DNA of 63,750 nucleotides, the filler included, from Sandaracinaceae bacterium (GTDB lineage Bacteria; Myxococcota_A; Polyangia; Polyangiales; JADJQN01): the NCBI GenBank assembly GCA_947483975.1. It is 3 parts of 3 records of this genome, joined end to end, with 100 filler letters (N's around TTAATTAATTAA, not from the genome) between each part and the next. Parts side by side here need not be neighbours in the genome. Positions count along the whole stretch, not along the records: positions 1 to 21,818 come from CANKOL010000045.1; 2 more parts are not named here. The stretch is one strand, 5' to 3'. Below, piece by piece: positions 1-7,992 of this stretch (position 1 is the first letter of the stretch; each line of letters begins with the position of its first letter). A program made the translations under genes and the position numbers. Under the pieces are notes generated by a model. That model was not told where the DNA came from. It did not search any database and saw only the letters and a program-made list of their open reading frames with translations.

Positions 1-2
1 AG

Positions 3-467
3 CGCACCGACGCGCCGACGTACGCGGCGCCGCTCGCCGTCGCCGACGCGCTCGCCCTGCGCGGCGCTGCGGGCTGCGCGCTCACGCTACGGCTCGTCGA
101 GGACCTCGACGACGACGCGGCGTGCGAGGACGCCGCCCAGGTCGCAGTCGCGGTGCGCGACGCATTCTTCGCCGCGCTCGAGCGCACCCGCGGGGCGCTC
201 GAGGTGCTCTGCGGCGAAGGGTTTGCGCTCCTGCGCGAGGCGAACGGCGGGGTGTGTGTGACGGCCGCGCGACTCGAGTGCGGCGTACACGTCTGGCTCG
301 CCGCGCTGCTCGCCGCAGGTGCGCGCGCGGACTGCGACGCGGTACCGCTCGACGTGGACGCTACGTTACGGGAGTTGCTGAGCGACGCGGTGATCGACGC
401 GCGCGCGGAGGGCTGCGTCGAGTTTCCGCTGAGCGCCTTCCGCGGCGTTGTATCCTCCGCGCGGTGA
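3..467 (+). CDS. Hypothetical protein, 5'-truncated by the window edge
   Basis: The frame of ORF 153..467 stays open back to position 3 with GC3-rich codons; no recognisable motif. Confidence 0.5.
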   Translation, partial: RTDAPTYAAPLAVADALALRGAAGCALTLRLVEDLDDDAACEDAAQVAVAVRDAFFAALERTRGALEVLCGEGFALLREANGGVCVTAARLECGVHVWLAALLAAGARADCDAVPLDVDATLRELLSDAVIDARAEGCVEFPLSAFRGVVSSAR

Positions 468-474
468 GGGCCTC

Positions 475-536
475 CCGATGACTCTGCTGCCGATGACTCT
501 GCTGCCGACGACGGTGCGCCGATGAAGCTGCTGCCG
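475..536 (+). repeat. 15-bp tandem repeat (CCGATGACTCTGCTG x2 plus 2 degenerate copies) running into the next start codon
   Basis: Exact copies at 475-489 and 490-504, degenerate copies from 505 and 519; the last contains the ATG at 522. Confidence 0.8.
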
Positions 537-2219
537 GAGAGACCGATGCGCCTGCCTCGGCTGCGCCCGTATGTGCCGCAGTCGACGGATCCGCCGATCT
601 TCTGGTTCAACTCCGAGCGCGACGACATCGTGCGCGAGGTCGTGCGGCGCGTCGTCGAGCAGAAGGCGCAGAGCGGCCGCATGGAGCTCGTGCTCAACGA
701 GGTCGCCTACTACGAGGCAGAGCGCCTCGAGAAGCAGCGCGACGCGGAGTCCCGCGAGTCCCTCGGCTTCTGGCGCGGCGTGCTGCGGCGCGTCGGGCGG
801 ATGTCGGACGCCGAGAAGAAGGAGACGCTCCGCTCGATCACCGAGCACATGGCGCGCGACATCGCCGGCAACTTCGATCCGCGCGTGTATGCGCTCGCGA
901 CGAAGGCCGTGCCGAAGCTCGTCACCGGCTTGATGAGCCCGTCGAAGCTGCACACCGCGCTCTTCGAGGAGCGCCCGAAGGCCCTCGACGATCTGCTGAT
1001 CACCCAGGGCTGCATCGAGAAGCTCCGCGGCCTCGCGAAGAAGGGCACGCTCGTCTTCGTCCCGACGCACTCGTCGAACCTCGACTCGATCGTGCTCGGC
1101 TATGCCCTGATGCGAGAGCAGCTCCCGCCCGTCAGCTACGGCGCAGGGAAGAACCTCTTCAGCAATCCGATCATCTCGTTCTTCATGCACAACCTGGGTG
1201 CCTATCGGCTCGACCGGCGCATCAAGGCGGGAGTCTACAAAGACACGCTGAAGACGTATTCGACGGTGTTGCTCGAGCGTGGCTATCACTCGCTCTTCTT
1301 CCCGGGCGGGACACGCTCGCGCTCCGGGTTGATCGAACAGCACCTCAAGCTCGGGCTCGCCGGTACGGCGATCGAGGCTTATGCGCGCAACCAGGTGCGT
1401 GGGATTCAGCGACCGCTCTGGTTCGTGCCGACGACGATCAACTACGCGCTCGTGCTCGAGGCAGAGTCGCTGATCGAAGACCACCTCAAGGAGCAGGGCA
1501 AGGCGCAGTACATCATCGAGGACGACGAGTTCTCGTCGGTCGATCGCTGGATCGACTTCTTCCGCAAGCTCTCGCATCTCTCGTCCGCGTGCGTGATCCG
1601 CTTCGGCGAGCCGATGGACCCGTTCTGCAATCCAGTGGACGACGACGGGCACTCGCTCGCGCCGGATGGCCACGGGCTCGAGGCGGGCTCGTATGTGCGG
1701 CGCAGGGGCACGCCCTCGCTCGATCACGCGCGGGACGCCGCGTACACGACGGTGCTCGGCGACGCGATCGCGGAGCGCTTTCTCCGTGAGACCGTGATCA
1801 TGAGCACGCAGCTCGTCGCGCACGTGCTCTTTCGCGCGATCGTCGCGGCGACGCCGGGCACGGATCTCTTCGGGCGAATGCGGCACAAGGGCGACGTCGC
1901 GATGCCGATCGAGCGGCTGCACGCCGAGGTCGCGGAGGCGCGCGACGCCATCCTCGCGCTCGAGCGCGACGGCCAGGTGCACGGCAGCCCGGCGCTGCAG
2001 CGCGACTCTGCCGAGACGCTGGTCGAGCGTGCGCTCCAGTTCTGGACCGGCTATCACACTCTCCCCGTGGCTACTCGCGTCGGCGCAGAGGTCGTGTGCG
2101 AGGACCCGGCCCTCCTCCACTACTACGGCAATCGCCTCGTCCCCTTCGCGACGCGCATCGCGCCGGCGTCCCTCGCCGCGGCCGCGAGTGAGCTCGCGCG
2201 CATGGGGCAGCGCTCATGA
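522..2219 (+). CDS. Glycerol-3-phosphate/DHAP acyltransferase (PlsB/GPAT-like)
   Basis: HxxxxD motif (PTHSSNLD), AGKNLF, GAYRLDRR, FFPGGTRSRSG and FVPTTINY acyltransferase blocks. Confidence 0.85.
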   Translation: MKLLPERPMRLPRLRPYVPQSTDPPIFWFNSERDDIVREVVRRVVEQKAQSGRMELVLNEVAYYEAERLEKQRDAESRESLGFWRGVLRRVGRMSDAEKKETLRSITEHMARDIAGNFDPRVYALATKAVPKLVTGLMSPSKLHTALFEERPKALDDLLITQGCIEKLRGLAKKGTLVFVPTHSSNLDSIVLGYALMREQLPPVSYGAGKNLFSNPIISFFMHNLGAYRLDRRIKAGVYKDTLKTYSTVLLERGYHSLFFPGGTRSRSGLIEQHLKLGLAGTAIEAYARNQVRGIQRPLWFVPTTINYALVLEAESLIEDHLKEQGKAQYIIEDDEFSSVDRWIDFFRKLSHLSSACVIRFGEPMDPFCNPVDDDGHSLAPDGHGLEAGSYVRRRGTPSLDHARDAAYTTVLGDAIAERFLRETVIMSTQLVAHVLFRAIVAATPGTDLFGRMRHKGDVAMPIERLHAEVAEARDAILALERDGQVHGSPALQRDSAETLVERALQFWTGYHTLPVATRVGAEVVCEDPALLHYYGNRLVPFATRIAPASLAAAASELARMGQRS

Positions 2220-3187
2220 CGCTCCGCGTCGGCGTGGTCGGCGGCGGCAACTTCGGGCGAGGGATCGCGACGGCCGCGGCGCGCGTCGGCAACGACGTCG
2301 TGCTGTGGAGCCGCGCGCTCGGCCGCGACGGCAGCGCGGACGTCCGCACGAAGCTCGACGCGCACTCGGCGAGCTTCCGCTCGACGAGCGACGTCAGCGC
2401 GCTCCGCGACACGGACCTGCTCTTCGTCGCGGTCCCGTCCCGACACGTGCGCGAGATCGCGCGAGCGCTCGGCGCGCACCTCGATGGCTCGCACCTGATG
2501 GTGCACGTCTCGCGCGGGCTGATCGGCGACGAGCTACGGACGATCACGCGCGTGCTCCGCGAGGAGACCGCCGTCGTGCGCCTCGGCGCGCTCGCGGGCC
2601 CGCTGATCGCCGAGGCGCTGCTCGACGGCACGCCGAGCGGCGCGATCGTCGGGAGCCTCTTCCCCGAGGTCGGCGCGGCGGTGCGCACCGCGATCGCGGG
2701 TGAGTCGCTCCGCATCTACTCGACCGACGACGTCGTCGGCGTCGAGGTCGCGTCCGCGCTCGTCGGCATGATCGCCCTCGCGGCCGGCTTCGCGCTCGGC
2801 ATCGGCATCGGACCGAGCGCGCTCGCGGTGCTCGGCACGCGCGGCATCGCCGAGGCGCAGCGCGTCGGCGTGAAGCTCGGCGCGCGAGAGAAGACGTTCG
2901 TCGGGCTCGCGGGCTTCGGCGATCTGCTCGCCGCGGTCGGCGGCGACGAGCGCCCGGAGATCAAGCTCGGGCGCGCGCTCGCGCAGGGCGCGTCCCTCGA
3001 AGAAGCTGGGCGCGTCGCCGGCGCGTACATCGAGGGCGTCTCCATCGCGCGGCGGGTCGCGGCCTTCGCCCTGCACGCGAACGTCGACGCGCCGATCGCG
3101 GAGACGACCGCCGCGGTGCTCGACGGCAAGCTCACGCCGCGCGAGGCCGTGATGTCGCTGATGGCGCGACAGGTGATGACCGAATGA
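2216..3187 (+). CDS. gpsA: NAD(P)H-dependent glycerol-3-phosphate dehydrogenase-like protein with degenerate active site
   Basis: GGGNFG Rossmann motif, AVPS, DVVGVE, GLAGFGDL; the KN, SKG and SRN motifs appear substituted. Confidence 0.75.
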   Translation: MTLRVGVVGGGNFGRGIATAAARVGNDVVLWSRALGRDGSADVRTKLDAHSASFRSTSDVSALRDTDLLFVAVPSRHVREIARALGAHLDGSHLMVHVSRGLIGDELRTITRVLREETAVVRLGALAGPLIAEALLDGTPSGAIVGSLFPEVGAAVRTAIAGESLRIYSTDDVVGVEVASALVGMIALAAGFALGIGIGPSALAVLGTRGIAEAQRVGVKLGAREKTFVGLAGFGDLLAAVGGDERPEIKLGRALAQGASLEEAGRVAGAYIEGVSIARRVAAFALHANVDAPIAETTAAVLDGKLTPREAVMSLMARQVMTE

Positions 3188-4335
3188 GCGTCGTCTGGAC
3201 GTTTCCGACGCGCATCCTCTTCGGCGAGGGCGTCGTCGAGGAGATCGGCCGCGAGGCCGCGCACCTCGGCGCGCGTCACGCGCTCATCGTGACGTGCGCG
3301 GGAGTCGCAGACGCCGGGCTCGCCTCCCTCGTCGGCCAAGCGCTCGACATGGCGGGCGTCGCCTACTCGGTGTTCGACAGCGTGACGACGAACCCGACCT
3401 CCACCCAGGTCGACCGCGCGAGCGAGGCCTTTCGCGGCGCGCACGCGGACCTCGTCGTCGCGGTCGGCGGCGGCGCAGCGATCGACGTCGCAAAGCTCCT
3501 GCGCGTGCGCGCCACGCAGGAGGTCGCGCTCGCAGACCTCGCGGGCGACGGCGCGGCGCGCATCACCGGACCGCTGCCGCCTCTGATCGCGGTGCCGACC
3601 ACCTCGGGCACGGGCTCCGAGGTCAGCCGCATCGCGACGGTCACGATCGAGCGCGACCACGTCCGCCGCCGCATCGTCGTCTCCTCACCGACGCTCTTGC
3701 CGAACGTCGCGGTGCTCGATCCGCGGCTGACGCTCGGGCTCTCTCCCGAGCTCACCGCGACCACGGGCTTCGAGGCGCTCGCGCACTGCATCGAGGCGTT
3801 CTGCTCGCCGGCGCTTCATCCGATGGCGGACGCCGTCGCGCTCGAGGGCATCGAGATCGTCGCGCGCAACCTCGAGCGTGCGGTGCGCGAGCCCCGCGAT
3901 CTCGCCGCGCGCTCCGCGATGATGGAGGCGTCGATGATGGGCGGAGTCGCCGCGCAGAAGGGCCTCGGCGCGGCGCACGCGCTCGCGCTCGCCCTCGGGA
4001 GCGAGCAGAAGCTGCACCACGGGCTCGCGTGCGCGCTCTGCCTCCCCGCCGTGCTCGACTTCAACCGCAGCGCCAACGCGCTCAAGACCGCGCGCGTCGG
4101 CCGCATCCTCGGGGCCCGCGGCGACGACGTCGAGACGCTCGCCTTCGAGGCGTCCGGCGCGGTCCGCGCGCTGCGCAAACACCTGCACTTGCCAGCGGGG
4201 CTCGCCGAGGCGGGCGTCACGGACGATGAGCTCCCGCGCATCGCCGCCGTCGCCGCAGCCGACCCCGCGCACCTCGGCAATCCGCGCCCCTGCGACGCCG
4301 ACGATCTGCTCTCGCTGCTCCGCGCGTCGATGTAA
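3184..4335 (+). CDS. Iron-containing alcohol dehydrogenase family protein
   Basis: FPTRILFG, NPT, GGGAAIDVAK, PTTSGTGSEV, ALAHCIE, GAAHAL, HHGL. Confidence 0.85.
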   Translation: MSVVWTFPTRILFGEGVVEEIGREAAHLGARHALIVTCAGVADAGLASLVGQALDMAGVAYSVFDSVTTNPTSTQVDRASEAFRGAHADLVVAVGGGAAIDVAKLLRVRATQEVALADLAGDGAARITGPLPPLIAVPTTSGTGSEVSRIATVTIERDHVRRRIVVSSPTLLPNVAVLDPRLTLGLSPELTATTGFEALAHCIEAFCSPALHPMADAVALEGIEIVARNLERAVREPRDLAARSAMMEASMMGGVAAQKGLGAAHALALALGSEQKLHHGLACALCLPAVLDFNRSANALKTARVGRILGARGDDVETLAFEASGAVRALRKHLHLPAGLAEAGVTDDELPRIAAVAAADPAHLGNPRPCDADDLLSLLRASM

Positions 4336-4358
4336 GCGCGCGCGGTGATCGCGCGACG

Positions 4359-5399
4359 CTACGCCGTCACATCCTCTTCGACGCTGCGCGGCTGCCGTCC
4401 CTCGGGCGGCGGCGCGAGGCGTCCTGCCTCGTACGCGTCGAGGATCGCCATGCTGCCCTCGAGCGTGTCGCAGTAGAGGAGATGCCGCCGGAGCGCGCCC
4501 GCGCCGGGCAGCCCGCTCAGATACCCCGACAGATACCGCCGCGTAGAGCGCACGCCGTGCGTCTCGCCGCGCTCCTCGGCGGCGACGGTCAGGTGCTCGC
4601 GGCAGAGCCCGAGGCGCTCGGCGGGCGTCGGCGGCGCGAGCAGCACGCCCGTGTCGAGCAGCGAGCGCACCTCGCGGAAGATCCACGGATGGTCGATCGC
4701 GCGGCGCCCGATCATCACGCCCGCGCAGCCCGTCTCTCGGAGCGCCCGCTCGGCGAGCTCCGCGCTGTTGACGTCTCCGTTGACGATCACCGGCATCGAC
4801 ACGACCGCGCGCGCCCGCGCCGCCCAGCTCCAGTCCGCCTCGCCTTTGTGCCCCATCTCCGCCGTGCGGCAGTGCAGCGTCAGGGCGCTCACGCCGACGT
4901 CCTCGAAGCGCCGCGCGAGGTCCACGATCGGCATCTCCGTCTCCGTGCCCCAGCCGACGCGCGTCTTCACGGTCACCGGCAGCGACACCGCCTTGACGAC
5001 CCGCGCGGCCATCTCGACCATCGCGTCCGGCTCCCGCAGCCAGCCCGCGCCCGCGCCACGCCGCGCGATCTTCGGTACCCAGCAGCCGCAGTTGATGTCG
5101 ACGTACGCCGGGCCCGCCGACTCGGCGACGCACGCCGCCTCCACGAGCCGCTCTGCGTCCGAGCCGTAGATCTGGATCGCCGTCGGCTGATCCTCGGGCG
5201 CGAGCTGAATCTTCTTCGCCGCCTTTCGGCAGCCGCGCAGGAGCCCCTCGACGTTGACGAATTCCGTCACGCAGAGATCGGCTCCGCGCGCCCGGCAGAG
5301 CGCGCGAAACACGTGGTCTGTGACGTCCTCCATGGGCGCGAGGATCGAGGGGCGGTTCGCGAACAGCGTCTGAAAGCGGGCAGCGGCGGTGATACTCAT
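4359..5399 (-). CDS. dus: tRNA-dihydrouridine synthase (Dus family)
   Basis: LAPMEDVTD, QIYG, DINCGC, VTVKTRVG, LHCRT, NGDV, GVMIGR; start reassigned to ATG 5399 (ORF track over-extends to 6011). Confidence 0.9.
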   Translation of the reverse strand: MSITAAARFQTLFANRPSILAPMEDVTDHVFRALCRARGADLCVTEFVNVEGLLRGCRKAAKKIQLAPEDQPTAIQIYGSDAERLVEAACVAESAGPAYVDINCGCWVPKIARRGAGAGWLREPDAMVEMAARVVKAVSLPVTVKTRVGWGTETEMPIVDLARRFEDVGVSALTLHCRTAEMGHKGEADWSWAARARAVVSMPVIVNGDVNSAELAERALRETGCAGVMIGRRAIDHPWIFREVRSLLDTGVLLAPPTPAERLGLCREHLTVAAEERGETHGVRSTRRYLSGYLSGLPGAGALRRHLLYCDTLEGSMAILDAYEAGRLAPPPEGRQPRSVEEDVTA

Positions 5400-5447
5400 G
5401 GAAGGTACGCGTGAAACTTTCCCCCACTCTCGTGTAAAAGGCGACTC

Positions 5448-6053
5448 GTGACTGAGGAAAAGCGCTCCAACCTCCCCTGGATCCTCGCCGGCTGCGGCGT
5501 GCTCCTGCTGCTCAGCTGCTTTCTCTCCACCGCCGCGGCGGGGGGCTTCCTCTACTTCAAGCAGAAGCAGGAGCAGGAGGCGCGAGCGCAAGCGGCGCAG
5601 CGCGAGTTCGTCGAACAAGAGCGCCTCGCTCAGGCACCGCAACCGGGCGGAGACGGCCCCTCCCTGCCCGGCTACGTCGGGACGCCGAGCGTCACCGTGT
5701 TCGCGACGGTGACCAGCGTCGGCGGCACGCCCCTCGGCGTGCGCAACGGCACGCCCTGCATCTTCCAGGTCGAGTACCCCGTGCGCAGCGGCGGCTCTGG
5801 GGACCGTTGGTGCCACACGATCGCGCGCTGCGGCGGCGTCACGCTCTACGGCGGCGCGAGCAACGGCTTCTTCCCCTGCACGTTCTCGCAGTCCCCGGCG
5901 GCAGTGCGCGGCACCGACGCAGAGACGACCTCGGGCGACCAAGACGGCTCGTTCACGATCGACACGGACGCCCGAACGCTCCACATCCAAGACGACGCGA
6001 CCGGCGAGCACGGCGCGTTCACGGTCGACGCCGCGATCACGCGCGCAATGTGA
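5448..6053 (+). CDS. Hypothetical membrane-anchored protein with Cys-containing beta-rich domain
   Basis: N-terminal hydrophobic segment, Gln/Glu helix, Pro linker, then a Cys-containing domain. Confidence 0.65.
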   Translation: MTEEKRSNLPWILAGCGVLLLLSCFLSTAAAGGFLYFKQKQEQEARAQAAQREFVEQERLAQAPQPGGDGPSLPGYVGTPSVTVFATVTSVGGTPLGVRNGTPCIFQVEYPVRSGGSGDRWCHTIARCGGVTLYGGASNGFFPCTFSQSPAAVRGTDAETTSGDQDGSFTIDTDARTLHIQDDATGEHGAFTVDAAITRAM

Positions 6054-7420
6054 CCGAGCCCCATCCGATCGCGCTCGAGCTTCGGGAGCTCGCGCGCCTG
6101 TCTCTGCCGATCGCGGGCGCGAGCTTCGGCAACATCCTGCTGTCGGTCGCCGACACGATCATCGTCGGTCGCGCGGGCGAGACCTCGCTCGCCGCGATCG
6201 GGCTCGGCAACGCGATCTTCTTTGCGATCACCGTGCTCGGGCTCGGGCTGATGCTCGGGCTCGACCCCATGATCGCGCAGGCGATCGGCGCCGGTGAGGA
6301 GCGCCGCGCGCGCGAGCTGATGTGGCAAGGCGTGTGGAGCGCGGGCTTCGTCACGGTGCCGCTCGTGCTGCTCGTGGTGCTCGCGGGGGCGCTCCTGCGC
6401 TACGCCGGGCAAGATCCCGAGCTGCTCCCGGCGGTCCGGGATTTCCTGTGGGGACGCCTTCCCGGCCTCTTCCCGTTTCTCCTCTTCGCGGTGCTGCGCA
6501 GCTACTTGCAGGCGCTCGGGCTCACGCGGGCGATGGTGATCGCGGTCGTCGTCGCGAACCTCGTCAACGCGCCGCTCTGCGCGCTCCTCGTGTTCGGCGA
6601 CGCCGGGCTGGTGCACGCCGGGCTGCCGGCGCTCGGCGTGCCCGCGCTCGGGCTCGTCGGCGCGGGGCTCGCGAGCAGCTTCGCGACCTACCTGCAGGTC
6701 GCCGTGCTGATCCTCGCGCTCCGCTACGTCCCGACGCCCGAGGGCAGCGGCTCCGTGCGCCGCCTCGACCTCCCCGTCGCGCGACGCCTGCTCGTGCTCG
6801 GCGCGCCCGTCGGGCTGCAGCTGCTCGCCGAGGTCGGCATCTTCGCGACGGCGTCGGTGCTGATGGGGCACCTCGGCAGGACGAACCTCGCCGCGCATCA
6901 GGTCGCGCTGCAGCTCGCGAGCACCACGTTCATGGTCCCGCTCGGCATCGGCTCCGCCGCGTCGGTGCGCGTCGGTCGCGCGATCGGGCGCGGTGACGCC
7001 GCCGCCACGCGGCGCGCAGGGCTGGTCGCCATCGCCGCGGGCGCATCCTTCATGGGCCTCTGCGCGCTGCTCTTCGTCGTCGCGGGCGAAACCCTGACGC
7101 GCGTCTTCACCGTCGACGAGCACGTCGTGCGCGCCGCCATTCCGCTCGTCGCGATAGCCGCTTTCTTTCAGCTCTCCGACGGAGTGCAGGCGGTCGCCTC
7201 GGGTGCGCTCCGCGGCGCCGGCGACACCCGCTGGCCCCTCGTCTCGAACCTCGCCGGTCACTACGCGATCGGCCTGCCGACGAGCCTGGTGCTGACCTTC
7301 GTGCTCGGCTGGGGCGCGCGCGGCCTCTGGTGGGGCCTCAGCGCCGGGCTGACGAGCGTCGCGCTCGCGCTCTTGCTGCGCTTCGTGCTCTTGACGCGCA
7401 AGGCCGTCGCGCGGGTCTGA
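6050..7420 (+). CDS. MATE family efflux transporter (NorM-like)
   Basis: LSLPIA, DTIIVGR, AAHQVA, FQLSDGVQAVASGALRGAGDT; many TM segments; GTG start overlaps upstream TGA. Confidence 0.92.
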   Translation: MTEPHPIALELRELARLSLPIAGASFGNILLSVADTIIVGRAGETSLAAIGLGNAIFFAITVLGLGLMLGLDPMIAQAIGAGEERRARELMWQGVWSAGFVTVPLVLLVVLAGALLRYAGQDPELLPAVRDFLWGRLPGLFPFLLFAVLRSYLQALGLTRAMVIAVVVANLVNAPLCALLVFGDAGLVHAGLPALGVPALGLVGAGLASSFATYLQVAVLILALRYVPTPEGSGSVRRLDLPVARRLLVLGAPVGLQLLAEVGIFATASVLMGHLGRTNLAAHQVALQLASTTFMVPLGIGSAASVRVGRAIGRGDAAATRRAGLVAIAAGASFMGLCALLFVVAGETLTRVFTVDEHVVRAAIPLVAIAAFFQLSDGVQAVASGALRGAGDTRWPLVSNLAGHYAIGLPTSLVLTFVLGWGARGLWWGLSAGLTSVALALLLRFVLLTRKAVARV

Positions 7421-7560
7421 GGTGCGGGACGGCGCGGCACCGCCGGCGCCCTCCGCAAACGAGGAGCAACGTCACGCCCGGGCATAACTTTCCGCTCGCA
7501 GAAGCGTGGCAAGGTGTTAGAACCCCCACTGAACTCAGGCCAAGTCACGCGGGAATCGCG

Positions 7561-7977
7561 ATGAGTACTGCTCGCCCCTCCATCCTGATCGTCGACGACG
7601 TCCCCGAGAACCTCGCGGTCCTCTCGAACTCGTTGTCCGACCACTACCGCGTCCGCGCGGCGACGTCGGGCGCGCGGGCGCTGAGCATCTGCCGCTCCGA
7701 GGACCCGCCAGCGATCGTCCTGCTCGACGTGATCATGCCGGAGATGGACGGCTACGAGGTCTGCCGTCAGCTCAAGGCTGACCCGCGCACCGCGCAGATC
7801 CCCGTGTTCTTCGTCAGCGGCAACGCCGGGCTCGAAGAGGAAGAGCGCTGCCTCGCCCTCGGGGGAGTCGACTGCCTCAACAAGCCCATTCGCGTCGCCC
7901 TGCTCCTGCGTCGCTTGGAGCAGCAGATCGAGCTCCTCACGGCGCGCCGCCGGATCGCGGAGCTCACCGGCGCCTGA
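7561..7977 (+). CDS. Stand-alone response regulator (REC + short helix, no output domain)
   Basis: ILIVDD, LLDVIMPEMDG, KP motifs; start at ATG 7561. Confidence 0.88.
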   Translation: MSTARPSILIVDDVPENLAVLSNSLSDHYRVRAATSGARALSICRSEDPPAIVLLDVIMPEMDGYEVCRQLKADPRTAQIPVFFVSGNAGLEEEERCLALGGVDCLNKPIRVALLLRRLEQQIELLTARRRIAELTGA

Positions 7978-7992
7978 CGAGGCGTTGCTCGC

